A DNA stretch of 62,194 nt from a virus (IMGVR_UViG_3300032233_000294:1-62194), one strand, 5' to 3'; numbered from the stretch's first letter, positions 1-8,773 are shown. Numbers and translations are program-made. Notes: generated by a model not told the origin, from the sequence alone.

Positions 1-123
1 TAGTTTCACAGTCAACCCGCAAGCCTTGGTAGATTGGTATCGCGCCTCGTGTTCTGTCGTTTCTGAATTTGCCTCCCTGCGCCCCCATCCATATCGTCCC
101 ACCCCTGCGTGAGTCAGTAGATA
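1..123. repeat. Terminal overlap, identical to 62072-62194 (circular assembly)
   Basis: Exact 123-bp identity of the two ends; a minus-strand ORF continues in frame through it. Confidence 0.95.
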
Positions 124-517
124 AACAGCCACTCCCATAGTCAGACAAGATGCCTCGGTCACCCTGTCCGTAACCTGTGCTTGTGAACTCAAATGTATTG
201 TCAGGACGCACAAGCCCGAGGACATTTGGTATCTTGTCGTAACGCCGACATGTCCATGTCCCATCACTGTTCTGATGCGCGTGAAGTCTAGACACGCCAT
301 CTTTCAGTTGCTTGTCATGCTCCTGCTTTGTCAAGGACACATATGTGTAGCGATCACCATGCACGATAGAGAACACACTCTCTCCGTTCTCCTCTCCAAC
401 AAGAAAGTACTTGGTGTTCTGTCTGCGGTTACCAATAGGAAATCTATTTAGCGACCCACGAAAGGGTGAGACGCTATGTGCGATGTTGTTCAGTCTTTTG
501 TAGTTCAGTGCTTGCAT
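1..517 (-). CDS. 5' half of a junction-spanning hypothetical protein (about 345 aa, continues 62071-61551)
   Basis: ATG at 517 overlaps the upstream stop (TAATG); MQALNYKRLNNI... reads without stops into MGAQGGKFRNDRTRG of ORF 61551-62159. Confidence 0.85.
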   Translation of the reverse strand, partial: MQALNYKRLNNIAHSVSPFRGSLNRFPIGNRRQNTKYFLVGEENGESVFSIVHGDRYTYVSLTKQEHDKQLKDGVSRLHAHQNSDGTWTCRRYDKIPNVLGLVRPDNTFEFTSTGYGQGDRGILSDYGSGCLSTDSRRGGTIWMGAQGGKFRNDRTRGAIPIYQGLRVDCET

Positions 518-855
518 TACTTTTCTCCTTTAGCTTTTGCTTCTGCTCTTTCTTTTCTATGCCACCACAACCATGTGGTCTCATCTTTATCCTCAAGGGC
601 TTCTTCAAACGCATACTGCACGTTCCTTTGTAGGTCTTGCAGTTGGTCATGGCGTATCACTTCAAACGCCTCATTGGGGCGACATTTCTCTGCCGCCGCC
701 CACACTTTCTTCCAACCTTTATCCCAATCGGTCATGTCGAACCACCCAAGGTATCCATGTACACCTTCTTCAAAACCCACAAGGTAGAACCGCACTGAGC
801 CGTTCTTGTGTGGGATACCACCTTCTTCACTCATCCAGTCGTTGCTTGCAGTCAT
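517..855 (-). CDS. Hypothetical protein
   Basis: 112-aa ORF with AAGGAG RBS in a coupled operon. Confidence 0.7.
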   Translation of the reverse strand: MTASNDWMSEEGGIPHKNGSVRFYLVGFEEGVHGYLGWFDMTDWDKGWKKVWAAAEKCRPNEAFEVIRHDQLQDLQRNVQYAFEEALEDKDETTWLWWHRKERAEAKAKGEK

Positions 856-1084
856 TGCTTTCTCCTTGTAGTCTGTCTAGTTCAATTAATACTTGTCGCC
901 ACATGTTGGGGATTTGCCCCTCTTGTAATTTCTCCAACGCATACAGATGCGCAGAGTCAGGTCTTGTCTCCAAAAGGTTTTCTGCTATCTCTGTAATGAA
1001 GCGGTACTTCATACGCTCTTGTCCTTTCGAGTCAGCGACTGCGTATGCAGTTGTAGTTACCTGCATCCACAGTGAATCAGTCAT
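827..1084 (-). CDS. Hypothetical protein
   Basis: ORF overlapping the VWA gene stop, same strand as the operon. Confidence 0.6.
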   Translation of the reverse strand: MTDSLWMQVTTTAYAVADSKGQERMKYRFITEIAENLLETRPDSAHLYALEKLQEGQIPNMWRQVLIELDRLQGESNDCKQRLDE

Positions 1085-2360
1085 CACCAAACATTACCTT
1101 CTTGCCCACAGGCGGCACAAAGTCTTTGTGTTGGGTAACCATCCACAGGGTTGGGTCAGTAATCTTCCAGTCGATGTCACTCTCTACATACCCGTCAGTG
1201 AACACCAATACACACTCGGCCTTGACCTTGTTCTTAACGATGTAGTCGCTGACGCATGAGACATGAGTTCCCCCGCCGCCCATTGGCTTGAGCAACTTGG
1301 CAATGTCGGAGTAGTTGTCCTTAAAGACTTGCTCACCATGCACCTCGGTATCCCACCAAAGAACACGAACGACCTCGGGCTGACACAGGTCGCAAATTGA
1401 GACCAGTTCGGTAGCGAACTCGGTTATCTGTTCACTGCCTATCGAGCCTGATGTATCGATAGCTACAACAATCTCGCCGATGCTCTCGTTCTCCACGCTT
1501 GGCAAGTAGATGTCATTAGCCATGTGCCGCTTGTTCATGCGCCGCCATGTGAACTCATCGTTACCCTTGGTTGTTGAGGACACGAACTCACGCAACGCCT
1601 CACGCCAATCGATCTTGGGTTCTAGCAACTCAGAGATTGCTCTAGGAATCTTTGCACCCATGCGACCCGCAAGCATCCCGCCTTCACGCAACGCTTTGTC
1701 GATGCCATCGATTACTTCCTTGGCTTGCTCGGCAGTTAGCTCACCCATGAAGTCATGCTCATCTAGCTGAGAGATGTCATAGGTCTTGCCGTTGACTGTT
1801 ACTGTGTCTCCGTCACCATCACCGTCATCGTTAGATTGTGTCCCACCCGATGGTGGGGGATTACCTTGGCCCTTACCGCCTTCACCCTTACCACCCTTGC
1901 CACCCTTGCAGTTCTTCTTGAGATAGTTGTATACCTCACGCATAGACCAATCGTGAAACATCTCATCGTATACAGCGCCATCAGGCAACTCGACAATGCG
2001 CTCTTGCGTACCCGCCACTACGCCATCGATACAGGTGATGATGTCGTTGACAACAAAGTCAGCCGCTAGGTTAGCCATCTTGTGGTTCTCCAAGAACATG
2101 GCTCGGCCGAACACGACTTGCTTCAAGGCTACATGGAGATTCTCATGGAGGATGAGACCTCGTACCTTGGGTTCGCTGACGATGCTCTCCAAGAACTTAC
2201 GCCCATACTTCTTGTTCACCCCATCGGTGTAGGCAGTAGGCACATGTTCCTCAACAGCAGATGTTCCCATCAACATCACGCCTGAGTACAGTGCGGTTTG
2301 TGGGTGCTTCATAAGCGTGACATGTCCACGCTTGATTCGGGTTTCTTGCTTGCTCATCAT
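1077..2360 (-). CDS. HExxH metallopeptidase-like plus VWA-domain protein (DUF2201-type architecture)
   Basis: ILHENLH zinc motif; NLAADFVVND; Gly/Lys/Asp linker; MIDAS DTSGS...GGT...TDG; start reassigned to ATG 2360 behind GGAG. Confidence 0.85.
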   Translation of the reverse strand: MMSKQETRIKRGHVTLMKHPQTALYSGVMLMGTSAVEEHVPTAYTDGVNKKYGRKFLESIVSEPKVRGLILHENLHVALKQVVFGRAMFLENHKMANLAADFVVNDIITCIDGVVAGTQERIVELPDGAVYDEMFHDWSMREVYNYLKKNCKGGKGGKGEGGKGQGNPPPSGGTQSNDDGDGDGDTVTVNGKTYDISQLDEHDFMGELTAEQAKEVIDGIDKALREGGMLAGRMGAKIPRAISELLEPKIDWREALREFVSSTTKGNDEFTWRRMNKRHMANDIYLPSVENESIGEIVVAIDTSGSIGSEQITEFATELVSICDLCQPEVVRVLWWDTEVHGEQVFKDNYSDIAKLLKPMGGGGTHVSCVSDYIVKNKVKAECVLVFTDGYVESDIDWKITDPTLWMVTQHKDFVPPVGKKVMFGDD

Positions 2361-2449
2361 GGTCTCCAGTAAAAAACATCTAACAGAACTACGATCATCC
2401 CCAACAGCAGGGCGAACGCTCTCGCCAGCTTCTCGTATCGAGTAAACAT
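2357..2449 (-). CDS. 30-aa single-TM peptide MFTRYEKLARAFALLLGMIVVLLDVFYWRP (not in ORF track)
   Basis: GGAG RBS; ATGA-coupled to the VWA gene; hydrophobic core. Confidence 0.65.
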   Translation of the reverse strand: MFTRYEKLARAFALLLGMIVVLLDVFYWRP

Positions 2450-2492
2450 ACAATCTCCTAATTAGTTACCCACGGTATCGTGGGATTAAGTT

Positions 2493-3635
2493 TTAAAACA
2501 ACTCGTGGTTGTTTTTCGCCCACTCAGCGATCTTGGCGTTATTGCGAGCCAAGCGGATGGCCTTTGTGTTACGCATCATCATGGTGAAGAACACGCCTTG
2601 TACCTCGGACGATGGGATACGCTCAACGAACGCCATGAACTTGGTCAACTCATCTTGTGTCGCCAACACATCTACTGCCTGAAACATGATCATCAACTGC
2701 GCGCTAATGTCTTTGGGCATCGCCACATCTTCTGGGTTCTTGATGATCGTAGACACATCGACCAATGATTTCTCCATCGAGATGAACGCCGCCATGTCAG
2801 CCGCAAAGGACGCACCGACAGTACCCGCCAACGCCACCTTCATGCCGTTCTCTGTCATGTTGTCACGGTTACGCACGATCACATCGGCCTTCGCCAACGA
2901 ACGAGGGGACACGAACGATAAGGAACTCATAGATGGTTTGAAGATGTATGGGTTGTCGTTCTGATCTCCTGTGGTGTATGACGCCAAGCAACGAGGGAAC
3001 ATGGACACCGCCGCACGAATGACACGAGACACACGAGCCTGTATCTTGTCGCCAATCGTCACTGTTTGACCCGCCCACTCAAGCCACTCGTTCACATTCG
3101 GCTTTGCCATGCGCATGATGCAGACACGATTACCCGCATGGGCAAGCATCGAGTCACCCACGCCGTCACCCGCATTGTTCGATGTTGCGAAAACTTGCGA
3201 CCCACGGGGCAGTGGCTTGTCACCTACCATTCGCTCAAGAAACAATCTAGTGAAGATAACCTGCAATAGCTTAGGCGACTTCATGAACTCATCAGCCAAG
3301 ATAACCTTAGGCTTGGGGTCGTTCAGATTGAAGAGCGCCGAGACATAGTACTCAAGCGTCTGCGTACTGTGGTTGGGTATGGTCATGCCAATGTCGGACA
3401 TGTCCTTGACAGGGCAGTCGATGTAGATGTAGTCGTACTTGTCACCTGCGATGCCCGTACCATCGGCGGGACTGCGCCACTTGTCGCCGTTGTCTTCAGC
3501 GATCATAGCCAACAGGGATGTCTTGCCACACCCGGGTTCTGACTGTATGACAGGCGTGATTTCTGAAGCTATTAGGGGAATGATCTTGCGCAGTTCGTTG
3601 ATTGAAACTGTATCGACTGTTTGGACTTTAGCCAT
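2493..3635 (-). CDS. MoxR-like AAA+ ATPase
   Basis: Walker A SEPGCGKT, Walker B ILADE, sensor-1 ATSN, Arg finger NR, sensor-2 SPRS; adjacent VWA partner. Confidence 0.85.
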   Translation of the reverse strand: MAKVQTVDTVSINELRKIIPLIASEITPVIQSEPGCGKTSLLAMIAEDNGDKWRSPADGTGIAGDKYDYIYIDCPVKDMSDIGMTIPNHSTQTLEYYVSALFNLNDPKPKVILADEFMKSPKLLQVIFTRLFLERMVGDKPLPRGSQVFATSNNAGDGVGDSMLAHAGNRVCIMRMAKPNVNEWLEWAGQTVTIGDKIQARVSRVIRAAVSMFPRCLASYTTGDQNDNPYIFKPSMSSLSFVSPRSLAKADVIVRNRDNMTENGMKVALAGTVGASFAADMAAFISMEKSLVDVSTIIKNPEDVAMPKDISAQLMIMFQAVDVLATQDELTKFMAFVERIPSSEVQGVFFTMMMRNTKAIRLARNNAKIAEWAKNNHELF

Positions 3636-3680
3636 GATTAATTACTTTCTTTACTGAGGTTAGACTAGGTTAAGATAACT

Positions 3681-4604
3681 TCAGACGCACTGGAATGCGC
3701 CGAACTTGCCGAGGATACTGTCAATATCCTCCTTCACTGCATGGCGCACCGCATCGGACTCTCGAATGTCCTCTGCCGTCACACCACTCAATGCTTTCTC
3801 CAACGATGCTCTGGCTTGCTCCAGCTCGGGATCACCGCTTAGATTGAAGCCTTTGAATGTGTCGCACATCTCCTTGGCTTTCTGAATTGTTGTGTCGTAG
3901 ATTTTGCGTTTCTTGGTCTTGGTTTCTCCAGTGTTATCGTCAACGCCGGTTTCGTCAACCCCACAGCAATGACTGATCGACTTCATAACTTCAATGAACC
4001 TTGTTTGCTGCTCCACCATCACATGGGACACTATTTGCTCGGCTTGCTTGCTGTATGTCGCAAACAAGTCTTCAGCGATGTCTGACGCAATGCCGCAGCG
4101 AAAGTCACTCATCGGCACTTCCGACACGAATAGCTGAACGCCGAACTTAGATACCAGTTGCTCTTTAGCGGGGTAGTCATTGCGGTCGAACATGTCACCC
4201 ATGCCACCTGCATTGAACGCCATGTCAGAGACAATCCCGTCATAGGACGCGATGAAGTCAACAAGCAAGGTACTGAATGCAAGCTGATGTGCGTGGTACT
4301 CCTGCTTGAACTTGGGGATGTCTACGCTCGGCAGTAGGTCTTGCGAGTTGTTCCACCGATAGGTGCGCCGCTTGACCCAGTTGTAGATTGTTTGGCGGTA
4401 GTTGACGATGGCTTTGTGCTTGGGGTGATCGGCTAAGAGATTCTTAACATATCGACCTGCTCTCTTGTCGGCATTCTTCGATGTAGTGACCTCATTGCTG
4501 ATGACACGATCTTGCTTGGTTGCTGACCATACATTGACATCCACGCTCACGAGGACTGCTGATGATGCGAGACTGATGAGGTGCTCGGGTTTGTGTAATT
4601 CCAT
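3681..4604 (-). CDS. Helical hypothetical protein, DUF3150-like
   Basis: Start reassigned to ATG 4604 (AAAGGAG); VNVWSATKQD, DYPAKEQL and F-x-V motifs plus position upstream of AAA/VWA resemble DUF3150 proteins. Confidence 0.6.
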   Translation of the reverse strand: MELHKPEHLISLASSAVLVSVDVNVWSATKQDRVISNEVTTSKNADKRAGRYVKNLLADHPKHKAIVNYRQTIYNWVKRRTYRWNNSQDLLPSVDIPKFKQEYHAHQLAFSTLLVDFIASYDGIVSDMAFNAGGMGDMFDRNDYPAKEQLVSKFGVQLFVSEVPMSDFRCGIASDIAEDLFATYSKQAEQIVSHVMVEQQTRFIEVMKSISHCCGVDETGVDDNTGETKTKKRKIYDTTIQKAKEMCDTFKGFNLSGDPELEQARASLEKALSGVTAEDIRESDAVRHAVKEDIDSILGKFGAFQCV

Positions 4605-4690
4605 AACGCTCTCCTTTGGTTGAAAACAAATTCCACTGATGCGTGGGACACTAAACAGCGGGGAACTCAGAACGTTTCCCAACTATCATA

Positions 4691-4719
4691 AGTATAACAC
4701 AACTTGACTTATGAGTCAA
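4691..4719 (-). promoter_or_regulatory. Sigma70-type promoter
   Basis: TTGACT-17 bp-TATACT on the minus strand. Confidence 0.8.
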
Positions 4720-4728
4720 GGGGTTTGC

Positions 4729-4923
4729 TCAAGTTTTTTCTGTAAGCGGCTTGTATTGATTCTCTAGCCGATACATAGCTTGCAGAACTGCTAACCAGAA
4801 CTTACGCCCTGAGTCATGACTGTCGTAGGCGAACGCATGATCTGTCGCACGCGCATACGGCGTGTAGTTGCTGTGCTTGTACATACTGAGCATGCGTTTA
4901 GCGGTTTCTTCGTGGTCGTTCAT
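4729..4923 (-). CDS. Hypothetical protein (MNDHEETAK...)
   Basis: GGAGG RBS; ATGA-coupled to the upstream ORF. Confidence 0.6.
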   Translation of the reverse strand: MNDHEETAKRMLSMYKHSNYTPYARATDHAFAYDSHDSGRKFWLAVLQAMYRLENQYKPLTEKT

Positions 4924-5144
4924 CTGTGTAGCCCTCCCTTGTTGTTGATACCCTTGAGGTCGCTCATGTCTGTGATGAGCATGTAGTTGCTCTTGTGCAT
5001 GGGCGCAATAGTCCACGATTTCCTTGCTTCCTTGGCGAGCATCTCCCCGCATGGGAGACACCACTTGTAACCAATAGCCCACCTGCCAGTGGGATACTCT
5101 TCGCCGCATTGCCTACACTCTGGTCTATGAATGTTGTCAGTCAT
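4920..5144 (-). CDS. Small zinc-ribbon protein
   Basis: CRQC...CLPC pair. Confidence 0.7.
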   Translation of the reverse strand: MTDNIHRPECRQCGEEYPTGRWAIGYKWCLPCGEMLAKEARKSWTIAPMHKSNYMLITDMSDLKGINNKGGLHR

Positions 5145-5203
5145 GTTGTTCCCTATCTACTCGTTATGTGTTTCACTCAAAGTCAAGTCCTATCGGAACG
5201 AGA

Positions 5204-5443
5204 CTACTTAAAATCTTCCTCTTGCAGTGGGGGCAACTCCATCGCCTCGTTGACCATGAACCACACATCGCGCAGAGACTCCATATCCTCAGAGCCAGTG
5301 CAAGGTGCTCCATAGCCAGTCGGGTTGCCTTTGTTGTCGTAGCAGACTTCTTGTAGACAATACCAATCCTCGCCGCCGTTCTGGCTCTTGGTGTTGACAA
5401 TCCTGTAGTTCCAAGTAAAGCTGCCGTCATCTTCTTCAAACAT
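5204..5443 (-). CDS. Acidic hypothetical protein
   Basis: AGGAG RBS; WNYR...EVCYD motif. Confidence 0.65.
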   Translation of the reverse strand: MFEEDDGSFTWNYRIVNTKSQNGGEDWYCLQEVCYDNKGNPTGYGAPCTGSEDMESLRDVWFMVNEAMELPPLQEEDFK

Positions 5444-5672
5444 AACCATTCTCCTGTAGTGCATGGGCTACGACACCCATAGTTTTGATGCGGTACTTGT
5501 TCTCTTGGCCCTCATGTGCATCACCCTGCATGCAGATGTGCATCTCGTAGTCGGCTGTGTCCCGATGGTCATACAACGCCAAGGGTTTGCCGTTGCACAG
5601 AAGCAAGAACATGGTGCGTCCTGCTTGGTTGGCAATCTCGATGTCGATTGCAATGTCTTTCATGCGTCCCAT
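5436..5672 (-). CDS. Hypothetical protein
   Basis: 78-aa ORF with AGGAG RBS. Confidence 0.65.
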   Translation of the reverse strand: MGRMKDIAIDIEIANQAGRTMFLLLCNGKPLALYDHRDTADYEMHICMQGDAHEGQENKYRIKTMGVVAHALQENGYV

Positions 5673-5727
5673 AATGATCTCCTAGTTAATGACCCACTTA
5701 CCCGTGGGTGCTCAGTTGAATGAATGA

Positions 5728-6054
5728 TTAGAGAATGTCGTAGCCAGTCAAGTACTGGAACGACTCGACCTCGGTCATGGCAGAAGTGATTGTCAGACCC
5801 TCATGCTCATCATCGATGTCATCGAACTCATCGAAGCCGTATGCACGATCGAGGAACTCAAGGTTCTGCAAGAGCCGCGTATCAACACGGCAGTCCGTGG
5901 CTAAGTAGTCATCCACGCCATCGTGGGTATTGACATTGCGCTGACGGGGCGTGGTGAGACGCAGAGTCTTGCGAACTGCGCGGGGCGTGGCTTGCATCCA
6001 TGCCGTAGGGTCTGACTGTCTGTCAGGTAATGCTGTCATAAACGATATCATCAT
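5728..6054 (-). CDS. Acidic hypothetical protein
   Basis: AAGGAG RBS; Asp/Glu-rich C-terminus. Confidence 0.65.
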   Translation of the reverse strand: MMISFMTALPDRQSDPTAWMQATPRAVRKTLRLTTPRQRNVNTHDGVDDYLATDCRVDTRLLQNLEFLDRAYGFDEFDDIDDEHEGLTITSAMTEVESFQYLTGYDIL

Positions 6055-6165
6055 TTCCATCTCCTTGTGGTTCCTGCAAAGGACACCGATTGGTTGAAAC
6101 AAAACCCACGCATGCGTGGGATGCTATTTAGAGTTGGAGCCAAGACGCCTCCCTACTCAGACTCA

Positions 6166-6194
6166 AGTATACCATAACTTTACATTTGAGTCAA
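6166..6194 (-). promoter_or_regulatory. Sigma70-type promoter
   Basis: TTGACT-17 bp-TATACT, same hexamers as 4691-4719. Confidence 0.8.
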
Positions 6195-6215
6195 GCAGTT
6201 AATAAAGAAAGTAAT

Positions 6216-6422
6216 TCAGGATGGTGATCTTGCATAGACCCCGCTTTTCTCGTAAGGCTGTTTTTGCTTGAAGAGTTCGTCACCTTTCAATCCTCTGCGG
6301 TAGCGCATACGCAATGTGTCGTACGGAATTTCTAGGTAGATTGACCATTGACGCAATGTTTTGGATAGGGCGTCATGCGTGATGATGTCTGTGGACTGGG
6401 ACTTGATGGGCTTGAGCAGCAT
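6216..6422 (-). CDS. Small HTH-like DNA-binding protein
   Basis: KTLRQWSIYLEIPYDTLRMRYRRG helix-turn-helix-like pattern; GGAGG RBS. Confidence 0.55.
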   Translation of the reverse strand: MLLKPIKSQSTDIITHDALSKTLRQWSIYLEIPYDTLRMRYRRGLKGDELFKQKQPYEKSGVYARSPS

Positions 6423-6449
6423 AGGGAAAACCTCCGTTTTGATATAGAA

Positions 6450-6840
6450 GTGTTCATTATATTCTAATTGTTCAATGTGTTCAAGGACTATTTTGTTTTT
6501 GTTCTACCGTTCTGGTCTGTTCTACTTTTGATACTATGCTTATAGAACGGAAAATGGGGGGTCAAAACGCTGTAAGTTGTTGATTTCATTACTTATTTAT
6601 TTATTTAAAATATGTTTGTACTGTTGTTCTACAGAAAAGAGGTATATGCTCCTCTTTTTTGATGTTTTTTCTGCATTGGCTGGGCAGCCTCCGTCCTTTG
6701 CACTTTTCTCAAAAACTGGGCATACTCCGCAAAATCGTAGTACAAATAGAACAAAACCTCTGCAACCCGCATGGATGCTCAGTTTTCTTGTTCTATTGCG
6801 GTACACTAAAAGGTGTTTTGTTCTACTAAAAAATAGAACA
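6450..6840. repeat. Iteron-like TGTTCTA array with AT-rich core; candidate replication origin
   Basis: TGTTCTA at 6500, 6518, 6625, 6789, 6819; TAGAACA at 6747, 6834; variants at 6451, 6469, 6478, 6543; AT tract about 6585-6615. Confidence 0.6.
6573..6585 (-). promoter_or_regulatory. IHF consensus site
   Basis: AATCAACAACTTA matches WATCAANNNNTTR exactly. Confidence 0.55.
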
Positions 6841-6854
6841 AGCCGCTCAGCCTA

Positions 6855-6926
6855 TCAGTTCTGAAAACGGTAGGCGATGCAACACTCATTTTTGACCCTG
6901 TCAGTTCTGAGAACGGTAAGCGATGC
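6855..6926. repeat. 26-bp direct repeat (6855-6880, 6901-6926)
   Basis: TCAGTTCTGARAACGGTARGCGATGC, 24/26 identical. Confidence 0.85.
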
Positions 6927-7030
6927 GATGAATTCCACGCATGCGTGGGACGCTAATTAAGCTCCTTGTCCATGCTTTGCGCGCCCTCTCGCGCGCGTCG
7001 AAAAATAACTGGTCTCAAAATGGCGGGACG

Positions 7031-7063
7031 AAAAAAAGCCCCTGACCATTTCTGATCAGGGGC
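7031..7063 (-). terminator. Intrinsic terminator
   Basis: GCCCCTGA/TCAGGGGC stem plus T7 on the minus strand. Confidence 0.85.
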
Positions 7064-7079
7064 GTCATGTACAACAGTT

Positions 7080-7676
7080 TTATTTGTTGTATGTCATCCA
7101 AAAGGATTTCACAGCAAGGGTGAACTTGGCGCTGTTGGCGGTGGTGTCACCCTTTGCTTGTTTCACTTTCACCGATTTTTCCTGTGCTTCAAAGGCCTTG
7201 AGCATAGACTGTGCGAAATCTAGAGTAGTCCTAGATGACCCGTCCGATTTATTGATCAGGCGTTTTGCCGATCGTTTGAGATCACCTAATCGGTTAGAAC
7301 AATAATCCGCCACATCATCCCGAATGACCTTGATGATGCTGTGCAGGGCAGGGTTTGTGTTTTTCATTTTGCCGAATTCCTGCGATGAATAGGCAAAGGC
7401 ATAAGCCACACCAACATCGATCTTTTCGATCTTTTTATTCTGCACTTGTTCAGGCGTTGCTAACACATAGTGATCATTGATCACAGCGTACATTGTGGCG
7501 GGTTTACGCTCGCTGTAACGCATACGATACCCGTCATACAAGGCGTCCTTTGCTTCGCTTGGCACATCCTCGGGAAACCCTGTGATGTTGTCCAATGCGA
7601 ACTGTGCTTGGGTTTCTAAGGTGTCACCCGTTTTAGCTTGTTGATAACCTAGATCCTTGAGCGATGAAATTGTCAT
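7080..7676 (-). CDS. Early hypothetical protein, paralog 1
   Basis: Shares EAKDALY.GYRM, YAVIN.HYVLA, YSSQEFGK..NTNPALH and YCSNRL.DLKR with 7903-8592; start reassigned to ATG 7676. Confidence 0.85.
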   Translation of the reverse strand: MTISSLKDLGYQQAKTGDTLETQAQFALDNITGFPEDVPSEAKDALYDGYRMRYSERKPATMYAVINDHYVLATPEQVQNKKIEKIDVGVAYAFAYSSQEFGKMKNTNPALHSIIKVIRDDVADYCSNRLGDLKRSAKRLINKSDGSSRTTLDFAQSMLKAFEAQEKSVKVKQAKGDTTANSAKFTLAVKSFWMTYNK

Positions 7677-7733
7677 GATGTTGTCCTCTAAAGTTGATGA
7701 AATATCGCCTAGTTGTTTTCTAAGCGATGATGT

Positions 7734-7763
7734 ATAGTGGCACAATCTAGGGGCTTAAGTAAA
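7734..7763 (-). promoter_or_regulatory. Probable sigma70 promoter abutting a palindrome
   Basis: TTTACT-18 bp-CACTAT; homologous to 8663-8692 and 9635-9664. Confidence 0.5.
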
Positions 7764-7860
7764 GTTCCACGGGGGGATGGGACGCTATTCAATGGCCTTG
7801 CCAGCCACGCACGCACTCCCGCGCGCGTCGAAAAATAACTGGTCTCAAAAAGCACAGGCG

Positions 7861-7894
7861 AAAAAAAACCCCACAGACCTTTCGATCTGTGGGG
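7861..7894 (-). terminator. Intrinsic terminator
   Basis: CCCCACAGA/TCTGTGGGG stem plus T8. Confidence 0.85.
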
Positions 7895-7902
7895 CTAGCT
7901 AA

Positions 7903-8592
7903 TTACTTAGCGTCTGAGTGTTTCCACTTCACCATGAAGGCTACCTTCGCCTCATTGAATCTCTTAGAGTCAGCCGTAGCGTCATTTCGGCTCTTGGCTG
8001 TCTTCAGCCTAGTTGGAGCTGACTCTTTAAACCACTCTTCAACAAACTCAGCAAAGTCCTTGTTAGCGGTACGCTGACGCTCTTTACCCTCATTGAGAAG
8101 CTTCGTAGCCGCTCTTTTCAAGTCACTCAGCCGATTCGAGCAGTAGGTAGAGCATAGCTTCCTAATCTCCCTTATCAAAGCGTGGAGGGCTGGGTTAGTG
8201 TTAGCTAACTTCCCAAACTCTTGTGATGAGTAACTGTAGGCGTAGGGCACTCCAATGTTGATTTTCTCAACATTGTCGGTCTTCTTATGCTCTTCGCTAG
8301 CGAGTACATAGTGACCGTTTATCACTGCATAGCAGACTGAGGGTTGAAGCGTGTCAAACTTCATGCGATAGCCTTCGTAGAGCGCATCTTTTGCCTCAGT
8401 GGGCACTTCTTTTGGGAAGTCCTTAATCTGGGCTAAGGCGTAACGAGCTACTGACTCCAAGGTCTGGTATGCACCGGCTTGCTGAAAGGCTGAGTCCTTC
8501 AGTGAAGTGAAGGTCTTAGCGGTTGCTGATAATGCCATACCAGCGTCTAACAATGCTACCGTAGTAGCTTCTAACTTTGACTTTGTAGCCAT
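7903..8592 (-). CDS. Early hypothetical protein, paralog 2
   Basis: Roughly half identical to 7080-7676 by eye; GGAG RBS. Confidence 0.85.
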   Translation of the reverse strand: MATKSKLEATTVALLDAGMALSATAKTFTSLKDSAFQQAGAYQTLESVARYALAQIKDFPKEVPTEAKDALYEGYRMKFDTLQPSVCYAVINGHYVLASEEHKKTDNVEKINIGVPYAYSYSSQEFGKLANTNPALHALIREIRKLCSTYCSNRLSDLKRAATKLLNEGKERQRTANKDFAEFVEEWFKESAPTRLKTAKSRNDATADSKRFNEAKVAFMVKWKHSDAK

Positions 8593-8662
8593 GTTCAAAT
8601 CTCCATAAAATGAACGGTTTGATAAAACACTGAATCAGCGGAACTGCTGAATCAGTGAGGTA

Positions 8663-8692
8663 ATAATGCCATAGTGGAGGGTCTTAAGTAAA
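8663..8692 (-). promoter_or_regulatory. Probable sigma70 promoter abutting a palindrome
   Basis: TTTACT-18 bp-CATTAT with a TG extension. Confidence 0.55.
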
Positions 8693-8773
8693 GTTTCACG
8701 AGGGGATGGGACTCTACTTAGCGGCCTTGTGACTCGCACGCACTCATACGCGCGACGGAAAATAACTGGTATC

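Larger units (their letters stand above)
6990..7850. repeat. 31-bp perfect direct repeat (6990-7020, 7820-7850) flanking one early gene; degenerate copies at 8749-8775 and 58960-58978
   Basis: CGCGCGCGTCGAAAAATAACTGGTCTCAAAA. Confidence 0.9.

Noticed and set aside
1-123. Physical direct terminal repeat
   Set aside because: It falls in the middle of a gene and looks like an assembler overlap; a more plausible terminus lies near 9.7-10.2 kb
449-476. 28-bp 11-6-11 palindromes as dif/Xer or other tyrosine-recombinase sites
   Set aside because: The geometry fits but the arms do not resemble XerC/XerD sites, the spacers differ between copies and no recombinase is encoded
476-2285. Plus-strand ORFs such as 537-1259 and other antisense ORFs in the track
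   Set aside because: They are shadows of well-supported opposite-strand genes, with no RBS or protein-like motifs
6577-6864. ORFs 6577-6864 (+) and 6597-6806 (-)
   Set aside because: They overlap the iteron/AT-rich array, lack an RBS and have implausible composition
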